Of a stretch of 64,000 nt of DNA, positions 60,948 through 64,000 are shown in pieces. A program made the translations under genes and the position numbers. Each line of letters opens with the position of its first letter. Position 1 is the first letter of the stretch. The notes beneath the pieces are model-generated. The model was not told the origin of the DNA. It was given only the letters and a program-made list of their open reading frames with translations, and did no database searches. The stretch lies in the NCBI GenBank assembly GCA_010093605.1, contig MU004194.1, positions 130,156-194,155 on the forward strand, given 5' to 3'. The stretch is from Lophium mytilinum (taxonomy: Eukaryota).

Positions 60948-62213
60948 ATGGATTCCTCTCAGTGGATTGAGTATGGGAAGATTGACCCCGAGTTCGAGCA
61001 GGTATGTATGAGCATCCACCCGGCGCCTATCAACTCAAAGGACATGCCTTCCTGTAAAGAGAAGTCACACCTGATATCATCCGCTCTATCCGCAATGCAT
61101 CTTGACTTAACGCATCATCTCACTGACAATTTGTCAGTTGATGGCGCAACAACCCCTCCCATTCAAGACGTCGGATTTCCCTACCACCGACGCCGCTCAA
61201 GCAAAGATAATGGAAATGATGACTCTGATGGTCACATCCGGCATGGTCAAGATGCCTGACTTGACCGGCATCAAAAAAGAACAGATTCCAATCCCAATGC
61301 GCGACGATGGACCCAATCGAAGCCTGGTCTACAGCCCGGAAACACCGACAGAGCATGGCCCGCTTATCGTCATCTTCCACGGAGGTGGCTGGTGTACCTG
61401 CTTCCCAGAAGTGGTGGAGCCATATTGTGTTCATTTGGCCAATACTTACGGCGCGACAGTGATTGCAGCTGGGTACCGATTAGCCTCGGCGTTTACCTTT
61501 CCTACTGCTCCAAATGACGCCTGGGATGTCGTGAAATGGGTAATTTTTACCGTGTCGTCATGGCCGTCATAAAAGACACTGACATCCGAACAGGCTGCTG
61601 CAAATGCCGCAAAACTTGGCGCAGATCCATCGAAGGGCTTCATTGTCGGCGGTATGTCAGCAGGCGCCAACCTCGCCAGCGTCGTATCGCATCTCGCCCG
61701 GGATGAGAAATTGTCGCCTCCGCTCACCGGTGTCTGGCTCGATGAGCCCAATGTAGTTGACCCGAGCGTGGTGCCAGAGAAGTGGAGGCAAGACTACAAG
61801 AGTATAGAGCAGTTCAAGGACAACACGCCAATCCTCGATAAAGCCGACGTTGAGTGGTATAAAAGTAAATTCATTCCTTCGAGTAGCCACCCTGCCCATT
61901 CAGGTGTATATTGACGTACGTAGGCCACTACATGCCAGATCCGGCTTCGCCGCTTTATAGCCCCTTGATCTGGCCATCCGGGCATGAGAACTTGCCCCCG
62001 CATTACTTCTTGCTTCAGGGAATGGATCCGCTGCGTGACGAGGGGCTGATCTACGAGCGGACCTTGAGGGAAGATTGTGGCGTGAAGACCAAGCTAGATG
62101 TGATTCCAGGTGTGCCGCATGGGTTCCACCATATGCTGCCGACGTTTTCCAAATCGGGTCCCGCAATACAGAAAATGTTTGAGGGGATTGATTGGCTTCT
62201 AAAGCAGAAGTAG
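60948..62213 (+). CDS. Alpha/beta hydrolase, HSL/GDXG esterase family
   Basis: IFHGGGW oxyanion motif, GGMSAGANL (catalytic Ser), DPLRDEG (Asp) and PHGF (His); three introns (first 61002-61137). Confidence 0.93.
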
Positions 62214-62445
62214 CAGATCGTATATGTACACAGTATCAGGATTCGTAGATGCGTGTCGTTAGCATTTTGCCCAAATTGCCCAGTCCAACACAAGCCCATA
62301 CTTCAATGGCCCAACCTAGGGGGGAGAATACTCAATATTGTACAATGTCGCATTGGCGAACCGTATAAACATATATGCCATGACCATGCCGATCAACGTT
62401 ACGCCATATGACCTATTTGTCCGTCCAAAGCCTGGGAAATGCTCC

Positions 62446-63153
62446 CTACTCTGGTTTCTTGCTCTCAAAATCGCTCGCCTGTAGATTCCGCGTCATCTTC
62501 GGCAGTCTCACCACTAACCCATCCAGCTCTTTCGACATCTTAATTTGGCACCCCAGCCGGCTTGTCTCAGTCAGCCCAAAGGCTAGGTCTAGCATATCGT
62601 TCTCGTCGTCCTCAGGCTCCTCCATAGCGTCAAAATGGTCAGAATCGACAATGACGTGACAGGTACTACAGGCGCAGGAGCCTCCGCAGGCTCCCTCCAT
62701 CTCGAGGTCGTTGTCTTGGGCGATATCGAGGAGGTTGCCGCCGTCGGCGACTTCGAAGGTGTGGGAATCGCCTTCCTTGTCTATGAATGTGACTTTGCGT
62801 CTAGGAAAGCAATATTAGCAGTGTCTGAGGAGTGTCTGATGGGGGACAATGTACTCTTCACCTGGCTTGGGAGCGTCGAGATGGCCGTGTTGCGATATGG
62901 GTGAGGTAGAGAAACGCCGCCGACTTCGGGCGAACGTGGGGAGCCATGCAGAGGCTGAAGACAGAGTGCTGTGCTGGAACGGTGATGTTCTATGGCTCTT
63001 CCATGCCGGAGAAGTTGCGGATGCTAGTGGTGTTGGGGTGCAATTGCTGAGATTGCGCACTCTATGCTGGCACGTTGGTGAAGCATTTCGAGATAGATGC
63101 AGGCGGAATGCGGCGGAGGCAGATATTCGACTCGACACACAATGAACAGACAT
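62446..63153 (-). CDS. YAH1: Mitochondrial adrenodoxin-type 2Fe-2S ferredoxin
   Basis: R/S-rich presequence, EGACGGSCACSTCHV, DMLDLAFGLTETSRLGCQ and LPKMTRN; one intron ~62853-62801. Confidence 0.95.
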
Positions 63154-63410
63154 GGCGACAACGTTCTTGAAGGATTGAGAGGGAGGAGAGGAAGCAAGAG
63201 GGGGGGTTGACTGACTCCCACTCGGCTTTCGCTCTCTTCTCCGAGCGCCAGAAAGATTTCGTCCAAGTCGATGAAAGCTGTCTGCACGTCCCGCTCTGCG
63301 CGCCCTGCTCCGTGAATGTGGCCGACGACAAACGAAGAACCTCGTCACCGTCTCTACGCAGGGCTGGCGACGTAGACCTCAATCCTCTCCTACCCTCCAC
63401 CTCTATCACC
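63154..63410. promoter_or_regulatory. Short bidirectional promoter region between YAH1 and UGO1
   Basis: 257 bp between two divergent ATGs. Confidence 0.6.
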
Positions 63411-64000
63411 ATGGCCACCTCTAGAGATGCGCCGAACCCACTGCGGCCATACTACAGACCGCCATCTATTGGACTCGCCCCAGACAGCGCCGCCAACGGC
63501 ACCGCCGCATCGCATCATGCTTCATCCTTCTCCAAGCCGAGTTTCGAGTCCAAGGCACGCGACATCCTCTCCGACCTCGACTATGGCGACTACATGTCCG
63601 ACGGCTCGCCCTCGGTGGCTGATATGGCGAAGAGACTGGTTGATCAAGCCTTGTGGGACTACACCACCATCTTCCTTGGCCAACCGCTCGAAGTTGCAAA
63701 AACAATCCTTCAAGTCCATCAGGCCGCAGGACAGGCTCCGCCGAGCATAGCAGTCAGTTCAGACGACGTCAAGAGCCGGCCGAATAGCTATGCAAGCGGG
63801 AAATACGAAGATGTAGGCTTTGATGCGGCTTAACGCTTGGATATCAGTTACTAATATCAAACAGTATCCTTCAGATGAAGATGATTCGGATGCAGATTCG
63901 CCTTCGTACTTTACCTCTACGGCCCCGAATTTGCGCTCATTCTCCCCTACCGCCCAAAGGTCACCGGAGCGTCGTCGACATGCGCCCAGTCGGTCAAACT
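63411..64000 (+). CDS. UGO1: Mitochondrial outer-membrane fusion protein Ugo1 (5' part, runs off the window)
   Basis: MATSRDAPNPLRPYYRPPSIG...DLDYGDY...GQPLEVAKTILQV (carrier-type PxExxKT motif); intron ~63813-63864. Confidence 0.85.

Overview
Intron-containing genomic DNA of a filamentous ascomycete (Pezizomycotina; Dothideomycete-like is my inference). The window holds about 21 apparently intact protein genes: GFA/CENP-V-like (partial), a disordered protein, an amidase, a MARVEL-like protein, a Cas1p-type O-acetyltransferase, SSH4, transportin KAP104, an UPC2-like Zn2Cys6 factor, UCH37, a coiled-coil membrane protein, a SnoaL-like protein, a GH13_5 alpha-amylase, an F-box-like protein, an MCT-type MFS transporter, a PHM-like putative copper enzyme, an acyl-CoA dehydrogenase, a single-pass membrane protein, an HSL esterase, YAH1 and UGO1 (partial). 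There are two clear pseudogenes: a Cys-repeat secreted/GPI protein and a Dal5-type MFS permease. I found no CRISPR array, rRNA, tRNA or intact transposon. Three observations stand out. (1) An uncharacterised membrane-anchored protein with PHM-type copper-ligand spacing lies head-to-head with an acyl-CoA dehydrogenase and next to a monocarboxylate transporter. (2) A cryptic 3' intron would swap the Zn2Cys6 factor's short C-terminus for a Q/H/P-rich tail. (3) The decayed surface protein is built from a C-x-D-x-x-T-x-x-x-C repeat. All family calls come from motif recognition by eye, without database searches.
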